64,000 nt of DNA from Camelus dromedarius (Eukaryota). The stretch spans positions 14,446,001 to 14,510,000 of the forward strand of contig NC_087436.1 in NCBI RefSeq assembly GCF_036321535.1. Direction: 5' to 3'. Position 1 is the first letter of the stretch. Each line of letters opens with the position of its first letter. Shown here piece by piece: positions 50,861 through 64,000 of the stretch. The translations under genes and the position numbers were made by a program. The notes under the pieces were generated by a model that was given only the letters and a program-made list of their open reading frames with translations, had not been told where the DNA came from and did not search any database.

Positions 50861-52604
50861 GCCCCAGTGAGCGGCGAGCTTCTGCCGCCAGCATCGTTAA
50901 TAAAGCCACAAAAGGAAGCGCAGAAGTACTCACTCATTCTGTGTAAAGGTGCTTGGGAGCATAATTGGATTTGCTGATAGTGCCTTTTTAAATGGTACTG
51001 TTGGTTTCTGATTCACATTTAGGAAGAAAAGCAAAACAGAAGGTGGTAAATTCCTTTATGGGAGAGTTTGGCAGGAGAGACAGATGCGACTGTAAAGTTA
51101 ATTGGTGACTGGGACGTGGAACTCCTGGGCAGAGGCAGAGTGATGGCATGAGCCAGTGCCTCTCCCGCTCTTAGTTTATGGTGATTAATTCATTAGGGAT
51201 TCTGAAAGGCCATTCTTGGGTGGCTGCTGGTCCTGTCTTTGCCCAGACAGGGATGATGTCAGCATATAGTTTATGGAGTTCTGCAGTCCTTCGGAGGGTT
51301 CCAGGAGCACATAGAGCGTCTGGCCAGCCCTCTGAAAACGAAATCCCACTTGAATCCTGTGCATCACAGCTTGCTTGTCTCTAGCAGGACTGTTGCTGTT
51401 GTTCTCCGTACAAGCACCAGGTCATGAGAAGCAACCTCAGGAGTTCCTTATGTAAGACTCATTTTTCTCTAGCCCCGCTGGCTCGAGACGCTGAGAGTTC
51501 AGCTTCATTTCTCAGCCTCTTCTCTAAATTCACAGAAGGCATGGAATGAGATAACACATGAGCGAATTTCAGAGGCAGAATTTACGATTGTAAAATATAT
51601 CATTATTTTAGGTACCACTAAGAAAGGAACAAATACCTGCTAATTAAACTTTGACACAAGCTTTAAAAAAATCATTTTGGAAACACTTTCAGACTGACTT
51701 AGACGCAGAGTGTTTAAAAATCACCCATCATTCTGGTACATACATAAAAAGAGAAATAACAGCTTAGGGTATTCCTAAAACTTTTTTAGTGGACAGAGTT
51801 TGAATCTTCCAAATCACTTTTTAATCTACAATCAACAATATCTGTGTTTCTTCACGTAATGTCATCCTCTGTGCTGTCAAGAGCAACGGGTATACAGAAT
51901 GTCCCTGTCAAACCATAGTGTACGTTTCTGAAGACAGCGTATGTGGCCTGGGGACTCAGCACAGGTGGTGTCAACCATGCACACATCTCAGCTGAAATGC
52001 CCTATGAACAGCTGCGACAGGTGTGTGCTTGTGCCTGCAATGACGACACCTTCAGGACTGCCACCAGGCCAGCAGCAACCGGAAGGTGCATTCCAATTGA
52101 AAGAACGTTTAAATGTGCAAAAAGGTGCAGCTCAGACGTTATGAGATTGGTAAGGAAGGTTTACGCTTGTTTCTTTAAGATGATGGGTTTAATCCTCAGG
52201 AGACTTTTCATGGGTTGTTGAAACACTGCACTTCATCTTATTAGTGAGAAGGTATATGGAGAATTTTTTGCCTTTTCCAAGCACTTGACGCTTTCTCCAA
52301 TCAGGGTCTGCTAGAGGATCAGAAGATTCCAGAGGTGAGAGCCAGTCTTGGGAGAAAACAACTGCTCGCATGACATGTTTTACATTCGCCCAAAGTGTCT
52401 TCCCCTTAAGTAAGGTCATTTGTTTGTGTGATGGCATTGCTATTTGCTGTGAAAATACAAGTACACTTAAAAAGGTCACTCAGTGTTTTTCCTGCCCGAT
52501 GAATGATTTCTCCCTTCTCAGGTGGACTTTGCCAGAGGTTTCTTTAAAGGAGCCAAACTTTTAAGAAGAAAAATCTCTGTATGTTTCAATAGCATAGAGC
52601 TTAG

Positions 52605-52890
52605 ATCACAAAACACCATATGTTGTATGAGTCCATTTACATAAAATGTCCAGCATAGGAAAATCTATAGAGACAGAAAGTAAATGAGTACCAAGCTGAG
52701 GGCTGAGGGGAGGTGGCATGAGAGAGACAGTTTATGGGGACAGAGTTTCTTTCGGAAGGGACAAAACTGTTCTAAAATTAGATTGTGGTGACGATTTCAC
52801 AACCCTGTCAATATACCAAAAACATTGAATCGTACACTTTCAGTGGGTGGATTGTATAGTATGTGAGTTATATCTCAACAAAGGAATTTT
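52605..52890 (+). mobile_element. Old L1M 3' end
   Basis: tgtatgagtccatttacataaaatgtccag...atctatagagacagaaagta...gtgagttatatctcaa. Confidence 0.8.
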
Positions 52891-54508
52891 GAAAAACACT
52901 TAACCGGCAGCATTGTGCATATACTAAGTAACCTAAACAGAAGTTCTTTTACACTTATCATAGTGATATTTATTCAATGAAAACATAGAATCATTTTGTT
53001 CAAAGCAACTCAACAGACTCAACAGAGACAAATGTCATGGGCTGTGGCAAAGAAGAGTGATCTTTCCTGGGGGGAACCTGCAGTTAAGGAGAGAGACATA
53101 GGCATAAATAAGTCTGAGCACAGAGGAAATGTTCTGAGAGGCCCCAAGGATATTTCTTGGTGAGCTCAGGATTTGACTTGGCCTTGGACTTTGATAGGTA
53201 GGCATGGGGGGAGGGCAGCGAGAAGGGGACCATCCCTGGGACAGAGAAATGTCTCAGATCCTTTGCAGGTGAGAGGGATTTTCTTGGAAAGAGGCCCCAC
53301 CAGTCCAGGTGTGTGTATGGGTCGAAACCACTGAGGACTTCTCCAGGTTGAGTTTAGGAATCAGTGAGCCACAGAAAGTGAGGGCAGGTAGAGTCAAGCC
53401 AGAGAAGGTTCTGGATCTGAGGAGGAGAATGTTGTCAGCAGAACTGGACCATGAAGAGAAGGATCAGGAGACTTGAGCAGGGTCACTCAGCTGGTGGCTA
53501 GGACGGATCACGAACTCAAATTCAGTTTCCCTGACTCTCAGCTCAGTCATTACCACTCCAGAATGAATGTCATAATACATTCGGTGCCACCAGTGGTCCC
53601 AGGAAATTGCAACCTAGTGGACAAACACAGTCTTTGGAAGGTTGAGAGCCTACTACTGGTCCTTTTCTTTATTTCTTCAACCTCTCCCTTTGGGATCAGA
53701 AGCACTCATGTACCACTGACATCCACTCCTGCAAGTGTGCAGTAAAACCCACCTCGACGTGAGCAAGTCCCTTCCCTCCCCTGTTCTCTAAGGGATGACA
53801 CTGACCGGGTCTGCCCACTCTAGAACCTTGACTGCAATTAAAACTGGCTCCGTGGAGGACAGCTTTCTGTCTTTAACAAAGCCTCTAGATTTTTTTTTTT
53901 TAAATTCAGGTCTTTATAAATATCCTCCAAATAAATTAAGATTCACTGAATCCATCTATCCACTAACAATACAGAGGTAACCAAAATAGTTAACCCAACA
54001 GGTTGACCCCATCGAAATGGGTATGTGCTAAACACATGGAAATATACAGAACTGTTCTGGTGTTGACTTTTAAGCCCTCCTCAGTGAGGATTCCACTGTG
54101 TCTGTGTTGGTCTGTCAGGATCCTCCCTGGATGTTTTCATTATGTAATCCCCCACTAGGCTTCCTGCTACTCCTCATCCATGCTTGTCATCATCAAAATG
54201 GTCATTTCCTTGCACGAAGGCATTCATTAATTTTCTTTCTCCCTCTGTAGTTGCCTGAGGTGCTCCTTTTAAGAAGAGCATCTTCATCCATTGTGTTTCT
54301 GTCGTGGGCCAGTAAGTACCCGTGGGGAGCAGAAGGCCAGCATTTCCTCCCGCAGTGCACCACCTCCAGGGCCAGCAGCGGCCACCTGTTATCCAGGAAA
54401 TTCTCCCTCCGCCCTCTTGCTCTCAGTTGTTCTTTGGTCTATGCAGAGATGTCCCTGTAAGCTGTCAGAGAAGTAGAGAGGATGTTTATAACTTCTCGTG
54501 GTATCACC

Positions 54509-54994
54509 TTTTTTTTTTTAAAGCTAAATCATGTACATATTTAATCAAGAAACTAATAATGGAAGATTACCCAAACAAAAAGTAAGCACATGCTCAATTA
54601 TGTTGCATATTTCAGAGAAGAGGCATTAAGGATTTATGCCTTAAGTTTATTTACAAACATATTTAGTACATTGAGTTTGAGAGTTTCATCCTTTTTCTCA
54701 AAGGGATTGCACCTCTTAAAATGTTCCTCTTCAAATGTTTCCTGGATTATTTTTTAAGCAGCTGATGTCTTACTATGAAGAAAGATGCATCAGATCTAGA
54801 TCCAAAGTACAAAGTCATCTTAGCTAGTAACTGCCACTTGTTTTCCACTGAAAATGGTAAATTCTTCCCTGGCCCCTCCTCATAGTGGTTCCTTCAGACC
54901 ACAGAGCTTGTGAACCTCTGGATGACCTGTCCCAGCACAGCGCTGTTGGAAGTTCTGCAAAAGGCACAGGGATTGAAGGCGGCGGCAGCACCTA
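54509..54994 (-). pseudogene. COX7C: COX7C processed pseudogene (cytochrome c oxidase subunit 7C retrocopy)
   Basis: Minus strand 54938-54747 translates [62 protein letters not shown]. It is intronless, the ATG is GTG, there is a premature TGA at 54894-54896, polyA lies at 54509-54519, and the TSD is gtatcacctt (54501-54510 and 54995-55004). Confidence 0.95.
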
Positions 54995-56089
54995 GTATCA
55001 CCTTAAAACAAATCTCCCCTCCCGCTCAGAAGTCGTTGGCTGATGAGAACACCTTGGCTTTGCTGTTGACCTTCTGTGGGTAGCTCTGCTCCCCTTCTGT
55101 TCTTGGAATGGGCATCTTTGCTCCCCGGGGTGGTAGCTTTGCACACACACACAAGTGCAGGCACATGTGAGGATTATTCCATTTAAAGGAAAAGCTGAGA
55201 GGCTCCAGGAAGGCTTCCTCGCCTCTCAGCCCAGCTCTCCTTAGCCCTGATTTTGTATCTGAAAGATTTCCTTCCTTCATCTCTAGACACGCCAATATAC
55301 TGCTATAAACACAGATGCATAATTAATTTAGGCAGTAACTATTACTGTCCATTTCTACGATCATGGTGGACAATCAAAAATTTGCACACTCATCTTTATT
55401 AAATAAGAGTTTACAGTTAATTTGCTTTCTAGTCCCCTCATGTCGCTCACCAGAGATGCCTTTCCCACTGGATAGCTGAATAGACTGGCTGACTCACACT
55501 ACGTGATACTCTGAACTGTTTACCAAATTATCAAAATGGAAGGAATTCAAACCAGATGTTTTGAGAAAATGCATTTTTCATAAACCAGGGAAAGAGCTGT
55601 ACCTCGGAGAGAATCCCAGATGTTTGGCTGTTTTATCTGAACCTGGCCATGCTGATAAAAGCCCCTTGCCGTCCGTTTTGTCAGATCAAATGACTTTTTC
55701 TTCTGGTAACTGATAACTGAGCAAGAGCAGCCTTGGCTGACACCTTTACTGATGGGATCCCTCTCCGTAAACACCTACAGAGGAGACTTCTGATTTCATA
55801 AGGATGTTCATGCTCTTTGACTGACTCTTCTGTGACTATTTCCACCAATGTCCCCCATCTTCAAGTGAACATTCCCAACCAACACACAAATATATACAAA
55901 TCAATACCTCTCTTGCCTTCAGGCCAGGTTGTGGGGAGAACTGTTGCCTAAAATTATTTTATTGGCTTATAGTCTCAAATGATTATAAGCTTAAAGACTC
56001 CAAACCAATGGAAACTTTTAACATTTTTTGAAAGTTTAAGTAGGCCTCCACTCCTTTTTAAAGCCAATTATCTTATAATTCACATTTTA

Positions 56090-57330
56090 TAAAGCATTCA
56101 TTGTACAAATACTAATATGCTATTAACTAGTGAAAAGATAAGTGGCAGAGGCAATTGGTGGTCAATAAACAGATGCAAAATGCACAATTAAATATGCGAT
56201 AAATGCTGTAAGTGAAAAGACGCAGTGCGATATTAGTGGGGGGTGTGTGTGTCTCTTAGGCAGAGGGAGGCCTTTCGGAGGAGGTCACACTGAAGCTGAG
56301 GCTTGAGGAATAACAGAAGATAGACAAGCAAAGAGTAGGGGTCCCAAGCAGAAGGAACAGTAACGAGGCCTCGAAGCAGAAAAGGAGTTGGTATATTCAG
56401 TTAGAGAAAGGATTTCAGTGAGGGACCACTGAAAGGCTGAGGTGTACAGAGCAAGGGACCAAGGGGGACAAGATAGGAAAGGGGGCCAGATCATGTAGGT
56501 CATGAACAAAGTCTAGATTTCATTGGAAACACAATTCGTTTAAGGTGGTGAAACACTGAGGTATCATGATTCAATTCATGTTTGAAAGAAATGACTCTGG
56601 CTAGCTTTTGGCAGAAGCAAGAGTAAGAGAACACAGAAGTCAGTGAGGCCACTACTCCAGTGATCCAGGAAAGAGTGGAGAAGGGCTCACAGAAACTCTG
56701 GAAGATGAGAAATAGTCAAGGAAGTAGAAATGGCAGGACTCATTGAAAGTGAGAGAAAGAGGGAGGGAGGGATTGAGTATGAAGGGGCCTTTTGGATTTA
56801 GCAACTGGATGTGGGATGGTCCCACTCAATGAGCTGGAGGAAAACCAGGAGAGGGCACGTTCTAGGGTGGGCACTGGGTTGAATCAAAAGTTTTGTTTTG
56901 GAGATGTTGAGTTTGAGGTGCCCGTGAGGAAAGTTCTGAATTCTTAAAGATGGTCCTGCTGGAAGATTCTTCTGTGATTATTTCCACCAGCATCTTCAGT
57001 CTTCAAATAAGGGAAATGGCAAGGAGGCAGTGTGATAAGTACAGTGAACATATGGGATATCTGAGCTTCAAGGAGAGGCTTGGGGAAGTGTTTAAACCAT
57101 GGGAAGAGATGACCCACCCTAGGGAGAGGGTAATCTGAGAGATGAGATTAGGGCTCCAGGTTCAAGCCTGGAAAACTCCAACATTTAAAGACTGTATTTA
57201 GGAGAAGTCAGCAAAGAAGCCTGCTAGAAAGAGTGTCTGGAGAAATATGAGGGGCCCCAAGAGGATGTGGAGTCACGTAAGAATGCCCCAGAAGAGCGTT
57301 TTGAGAAGGTGGAGTGATCACTCATTTCAA
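56090..57330 (-). mobile_element. L2 fragment (long)
   Basis: gggaggcctttcggaggaggtcacactgaagctgag, ggccagatcatgtagg, atgttgagtttgaggtgcc, actccaacatttaaag. Confidence 0.8.
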
Positions 57331-59990
57331 GAGAAGAATTTTTAACAAAGATGTAGAAGCTGAAACCAAGTAGAAAGTTGGGACAACCCAAAGGTCACAG
57401 TTTAGACCACTGTATATGAGGTTTCGTTTACAGACTAAAATTCCATTGACAGCACATGTCCAAAAGTCAAGTGCAACGTCTAATGTCCTGCAGGATCCTT
57501 CACTCCTGGAAGGAGACAGAAATAGAGCTTAAGCAGAATGTGTAAAAGATTTGGCAATGTATTTAGTAAATTTCAGTGACGAGATCAAAGAACAGGTTTT
57601 TGCTCAAGTGGGTGGATTTATTTACTGTTAAATATTTCTGCATAATATTTCTGTATAAATACACTCTGAGTGTAGCTATATTTGAACCAGTCATGTGGGA
57701 AGTAATACGCAAAAATAAAGTTTTGTTTGAGTTACAATATTTACATGGCTTTCTAAAAAATTATAATGTTTCTATTGCTACTATAGTATCTTTTTCTAAA
57801 AGAAAGGAAAAAATGTAGTTCACCTGACATGGGAAGGAAGGAACCAGGTTTCTGGAGTTTCTGTTCAACAGGTATACATTTTTAGGCATATGAACACTCC
57901 CAGGACAGACAGGTGAGACATCCCTGGCCACATGGTGAGGCAGTGAGGGAGGATGAGTAACAAGTACTCCTCATTAGTGGGTGAAATTCTTTTCCCACTG
58001 TTCCTTCAGTCTTACCAAATAACCAATCAACCCCGTCACACTGAAATCTATTTCTCTCCTTATCCCTAACTTCTTAGTGACAAGATCAGAGTTGGCTATC
58101 AAGGCAACATTATTTACCTGCATCAGTTCTCACTTTGATTTTTGCACCTAAACATGATTCCATGGGTTTGTTCTTTGGGTGGTTGGACCACCATGGCTTC
58201 CCTGGCAGCTGTCCAAGCCCAGCTGTGCTGGCTGCAGGCAGAAATCCAAGGGGGCAGTTGCCTTAACGTTACCAGCTAATACTTTGTTACTTAATTATTG
58301 GCACCTTCCGGCTATGAGCCAGCAGAAAGAATCTCAATTTAGTTCCTGAGGTCAGAGGTGGGATGAAGAAAGAGAAGAGAAGAGGGCAGAAAGAACACGG
58401 ATCAATCTTCACCAACCTCTCAGCGCAGTGCTTGGTGAGGTCAATTCCAACATCAGTTTTCACGTACTCAGCATTTGTTGCGTGCTCAGGGTGGTCACTG
58501 TGTTTGTTACTGGCCAGATTCTTAAAGCAAGCCACTATGATGATCAATTATGAGAGACAAAACAGTATCAGGATATGTGTCCTTTTGAAATGCAAATAAC
58601 CCTGAGAAAAGTAATAAAAATTGCCACTGCTTTTGTAAAATTCAGAAAGCATGTACCACAATGCTCCTGTGAGCCCCGTTTGGCACCTTTTACACATTCT
58701 ACCCACTCAATTAGAGGAAACTGACAAGAGGAGAGGCAGAGAGCTTTCAGATGAAAATACATCTCAAGAACCCTTTCCAAGCTTCAAGGTAGAAATTATT
58801 CATAGACTTATAGATAAATAAAATCATCCTCTTATAACTTTACAAAACTGTTTGGAATGCCTTTTTCCCTCGACTATCGTCAAATTATTATTTGACGATA
58901 TTATTATTATCATCAAATTTTTTATTCCTCATTTTAAAATCTGTTTATTTTAGAACTGACTACTTCTCTCAGTTACTGTGACATCCCTTTCTACTGGAGA
59001 GAATATAATCTAAGATCAGTCAGTGATGATGTTATTCGAAAGGTTGGTCACTCACTTACATTGAGAAAAGACAAATTTTTTGAAAGGCATGTTCAAAGTG
59101 TGTGTAAACATCTTTAAGAAGCCACTCCATTATGACATTACACACTCTCTTTTGGAACAACCTGATTTTAAAGCTCATTCCTTTTCCATGATATTTTTTT
59201 ACTGCTCCTTTGGTACAAAAGATTCTCAGAAGGATGGAGAGAAAAAACACTTTTAAAAAGATAACAAGGTGTTACATAACAGGATGACATAAAAGCAAAA
59301 TGTATAGAATCTAGTGACCTAGACTAAGCCCTTATGAGCCTCAACTTCCTCTTCTGTAAAATGGGGACAATAACAGTACCCACCTCCTAGAGTTAGGTGT
59401 GCAATAGACGGCAGCTATTATTACTGGAAAGCTACATTTGGGGTTGGATGCCGATGAGTTTGTTTTAGGAGGACTATGCCTCAATTAGGAGCCTAAGATA
59501 ACTCAACACTGTAGGGTTAGACATGTATTTTTTGATTCTGGGACAAATTCACATTCAGTATTCTAGTTTATAAGACATGAAAGAAAGTTCAAAGCCTTTG
59601 TGGAAAAAGAAATCTTACTGAAGTCTTCTTGAAGGAAACATTCATTTATTCATTCAGCAAATATTTCTTGAAACTCACTCTACACCAAGTATTGCGCTAG
59701 GTGCTGGGGAGTTAGCTAAACAGTTTCTGATCTCATTGAATTTGGACTAACGGAGGAGATTGCAATTAATCAAATAACCACTGATAAATAACACAATCTA
59801 TAATAAAAGCACTGAAGAAAAATTCTGACTTTTTTGATCTTGGAGAATAGAATAGACATTGAAAAATATACTTGGGCAGTATAATTGTGCCATTTCTCCA
59901 TCTCAATCATTTTAATAACTGATGGTGATGATGCTAGTACTTGGGTGCCCTTGTTTGTGTGTGGTGTCATCTGTTAAGATCAACTGTACT

Positions 59991-60335
59991 GGGGGAGGTG
60001 CCAAGCTGGCAGAGCAGAGATTCACAGCTCGCCCTTTCCCACAAATACACCAAGAATTATATCTACAAACCCACTGAATCACACAGAAAACTACTGAACT
60101 CTGGCAGAGTGTCTTTTGCTTTGAAATACAGAAGGGTACTCACAAAATCCGATAAACAACAAGTTCATACTGCATAGTGCAGGGAACTATATTCAATATC
60201 TTGTAGTAACTTATGATGAAAAAGAATATGAAAATATATGTATGTCCCTATATGACTGAAGTATTGTGCTATACACCAGAAATTGATGTAACACTGTAAG
60301 CTGACTATACTTCAATAAAAATATATATAGGAAAA
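59991..60335 (+). mobile_element. Bipartite L1-derived element: L1 5'UTR-like head fused to an L1 3' terminus
   Basis: Starts gggggaggtgccaagctggcagag (L1 5'-start-like); from 60152 it matches the L1 3'UTRs elsewhere in this window; AATAAA at 60314; degenerate TSD. Confidence 0.7.
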
Positions 60336-62379
60336 AAGACAAAGTGTACCAAATACATTTTGAGTTTTCAAAATTGAACTAAAATGTGGAATCGTTAAAA
60401 TGGCAAATGGATGAATCTCCAAAGCTACAATTTCATATCACGGCTGTGCACACATTTTCAAGGGGCAAGAAATTCTAGACAGGATGCCTGGCGTGGAGCT
60501 GGGGAGTGGAGGCAGAAGCAAGGAAGATCAAGGTTCCCCAAGCAGCTGTCGAGCCCCCTCAATCAGGAAGCCCTGAGTCAGAACAAGAGAAGGACCAGAA
60601 GATTCCTTCTCAGACTCAGAGCTCAGGCTTCAGAGTGGGGCAGGACAAGAAGGGCCAGGTCAGGGCACCCAGGAAAGCAAGCCTCTGGGGGAACACATTT
60701 TTATAACTTTCCATTTGTATTCAAAGACTTTATCCAGAAGGCCTTCTCTGCAAGGTATTTTTCTAACAGTAGATCACAACCCATTAATGTGTCATGAAAT
60801 AAATGTAGTGGATACCTACCAGCACTTTAAAAATGTTAAATTAATTAAAATATTAACATAGAAAAATTTGGTGCACTTTCTCTGTAGTAAGGGTGAAGCA
60901 GCTTATGTTTTGGGGTGTATGTATATACTATGTGGGCTCTGGGGCTTGCTCAGTGGTGGGAATTCCCTGAAGAACATCCTGTCCCCTACTTTTCTCAGGA
61001 TATGGTCCTTGTACATTTCAAACCCTCTCACAAGCAAGCTGGGCGGGGACAAGGGGCCACAGAGCAGAGCTCCTGCCCAGCTAAATGCAGGGATCAGTCT
61101 GTGCTAACGATGGTGTCTGGATGTGGGACTGGCCCGCCAAGGAACAATCCAGAAGGGATGTCCCTTGAAAGTGAAGGAGGTAGAGATCAAGTACAAGGCG
61201 AAGGTGTCACCTCCTGGGATGGGAAGGAAATACGTAGGTTGGAATTGCTGAGATTGGGCCATTTTTTTGACCTGCAAAGCTGAGACAGAGACTACGAGGT
61301 GGGTTGGCCAGGCCTTGGAGAGTTCTCCTGAGGACATGGGCCTCCGTTAGGGCTTCACCGGTGAGTGGGAAAGGCGCTGATAACAGACAATTGGGGGTGG
61401 GATTAAACTGAGGGCTGACATCCACATTTTCTGTGCTGGGCTCTGTGCCCTTGAGCAACTGCGCTGGGCACCTGTCAGCTGTCCGTAACTGAAGCCTTTG
61501 TGTTTCAAACAAAGTAGGCTTAGACGAGCTTCCTTCTCTCCTTAGCACCTTCATGACTAAGACTGCTTTCCAAATCCTATAAATGCTTTCTGTTTTATTT
61601 CCCGATTTGATAAGATACTTCTTTGACTGTAGTTAAAAAAATGAAGTTAATTTGTTTGAGAACTTTTCCCAGAGGGATAAAGGGGACACAGTCTCTAACT
61701 TCAGATCCTCCCACGTTGCTTCTGGACAGCAGAGAGAATTCTCAAAGAAAAAGGAATGTGTAGTGGGTCTTCCTTAGACTTCTCAGAGCATTCTGAAGAG
61801 GACTCCTTAAGGACAAAAGGGAAGGAAAGGTCAAGGGGTGACTTTGTACGACTTTGGCCAACAGTGCGGTCACCTTCTGCTGAGAGTTAACAGTTGGTGG
61901 AGAGGCAGGGAGAACAGGCTGGTCCGCTGGGATACGGATAGATAAGCTGTGGGGGAAGGAAAACCAGGGAAGTGAAGAAAGATGCCAGCTTTCATGTCAG
62001 GCGTCAGGGGTAAGGGGCAGGGGTGGTTCCCTGCAGAGGCTCAGAGAAGGAGAGTCTCCATCAGGGACCCAGAATGTGGCATGAACCATCTGGACAGAGG
62101 TGGCAAAGGTCAAGGATCACATTTCTTTGAAATGACCTACCCTGTACTTGCGACTTCAGCCTGAGTCTCTGACCTCCTCTTCAAGAATGTGAGTTCTTCC
62201 TAAAGCTTTTCTGGGTCAAGTCCAAAGGCCTCTTTATTTCCCACGAAGAGAGGGAGAGGTGTTTCTTTAATCCTCTAGCATGAAGCTTTTATGCTGTAGA
62301 ACAAGTGTCAGCCTAGAAATGAGACAGACCTGAGTGGCATTTTTTAAACAGTTCTCACCACAGACTAGCTATAAGCCCT

Positions 62380-62545
62380 TAGGTAAGATAGTTAACAAGT
62401 TAGGAAACTCAAAGAGCTGCAGTTTCTTAACCTGAAAATAGGGGAAATAATACCTCTTTTGTAGGGTTGTTGTGAGGATTACACAAGATCAAGTTTGTAA
62501 AGTTCAAGGCCATTGCTGGGCACCCAATAAATGAAGGCAGTATGT
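62380..62545 (+). mobile_element. MIR SINE
   Basis: cagtttcttaacctgaaaataggggaaataatacct...agggttgttgtgaggatta. Confidence 0.7.
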
Positions 62546-63379
62546 ATGTTACTATCTTTCCATTCCAACGAGCAGTTAAAGGACAACCACAATAGAATTG
62601 GCAACTCTTTTAGAACACCAGTGTTGATCAGACTATAAACATTTGGGGGCACATTTACAGAATTTTTCATTCAAGATGGGGTCTTTTGAAAGGCTTTTAT
62701 GAAAGTGTGGCATGAAGCTGCTTGGACAGTTATGCTAAAATTCCATGTCAAAATCAAAGGATATGTGTCCAATTTTAATTCTTGAGTGATTCTCAAGCCT
62801 AAGTATTATCTAAGCACTTTGCTTTTCTTCCTTTCCACGTCTGCTCTTTAACCTTCGTCTGTTTTATTTAATTTTGGCTTCTCTAATATGGTGAATGTGA
62901 ATAAAGTTTGGAACAAGGGCTTAACAATTGTAGACATTTTAGACTTAGAGCTAAAACATACTTTGGGGATAATCCAGTCTAGTATTTTCCAGATGTTACT
63001 CATTCAAAAATAACATGTCACTATTTTATGACATATCCTCATATCATTTACTTAATATTTTTCTTGATGTTGACTGGCTTTTAAAAAACCTTAATACCTG
63101 CTTTACTTCTAAGCTGTAATATTCATAAACATCACAGTTTTATAAGCTAGTAAAGAAATACATAACTTAGAGCAGTTATCCACATACCCCTAAAATCATC
63201 GCACCTACAACCAGTGCTAGGGGTAGCATACTTAGGTAAACACTGATCCCATGCGTTCATTTTATAGATGGAAACACTGAGTCCCAAGAGGTGTGAAGGG
63301 GTGTGTCTTGAGTCTCTCTTTGATTGCAACTCCAATAATAGGCCTAATAACATTGAAGAATTTGGTAATTAAAAACCAC

Positions 63380-64000
63380 CTGGGAATGCAGTTTGGTACA
63401 GCCACTAAGGAAAACAGAATGAAGATTCTTCAAAAGACTGAAAATAGACTTACTACATGATCCAGCAATCCCACTTCTGGGTGTATATCCAAAGGGAACT
63501 CTAATTCGAAAAAATACATGCACCCCAATGTTCATAGCAGCACTATATACAATAGCCAAGACATGGAAGTAACCTAAATGTCCACTGACAGATGACTGGA
63601 TAAAAAAGCTGTGGTATATTTATACAATGGAATACTACTCAGCCATAAAAAAAGAATGAAATATTGCCATTTGAAGCAACATGGATGGACCTAGAGATCA
63701 TCATTCTAAGTGAAGTAAGCCAGAAAGAGAAAGAAAAATACCCTATGATATCACTCATATGTGGAATCTAAAAAAAAAAGGATACTGTGAACTCACCCAC
63801 AAAACAGAAACAGACTCCCAGACATAGTAAACAATCTTATGGTTACCGGGGAAAGGGGGTGGGAAGGGATAAATTTGGGAGTTTGAGATTTAGAAATGCT
63901 AGCCACTATATATAAAAATAGATTTTTTTAAAAGTTTCTTCTGTATAGCATAGGGAACTATGTTCAATATCTTATAATAATCTTTAATAAAAAATATTAA
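63380..64000 (+). mobile_element. 5'-truncated L1 (ORF2 end and 3'UTR), reaching the window end
   Basis: atgatccagcaatcccacttctgggtgtatatcc...aatggaatactactcagccataaaa; very similar to the L1 at 42684. Confidence 0.95.

Overview
This is mammalian genomic DNA, very probably camelid (alpaca, llama or camel), judged from nine copies of a tRNA-Ala-derived SINE resembling the camelid Vic-1 family. Positions 1-24.3 kb hold the 3' part of TMEM154 on the + strand. Six coding exons (1671-1931, 2022-2060, 8880-8907, 10345-10430, 12460-12520, 21955-21970) have GT-AG boundaries and consistent phases. They splice to ...DFLAETEQSG...LEFILMVLIPLILLALLLLSVILLATYRKRKK...PIFEEDTPSVMEIEMEELDKWMNSMNRNADYECLPTLEEEKEPNQNHPSDAES*. 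Exon 1 lies upstream of the window. The remaining ~40 kb is intergenic (toward FBXW7 in human synteny, from memory) and rich in L1, L2, MIR, MaLR/ERV LTRs, hAT MITEs and SINEs. It contains a COX7C processed pseudogene (- strand, ~54.5-55.0 kb) that the ORF track misses. I see no prokaryote-type system or CRISPR array. The best leads are: (i) a ~345-bp element joining an L1 5' head directly to an L1 3' tail; (ii) a sense ERV LTR in TMEM154 intron 1, plus a candidate exon with a strong in-frame ATG; (iii) the COX7C retrocopy, which records a distal-polyA isoform. Repeat family names and old-repeat boundaries are by-eye estimates, and cross-species comparisons are from memory.
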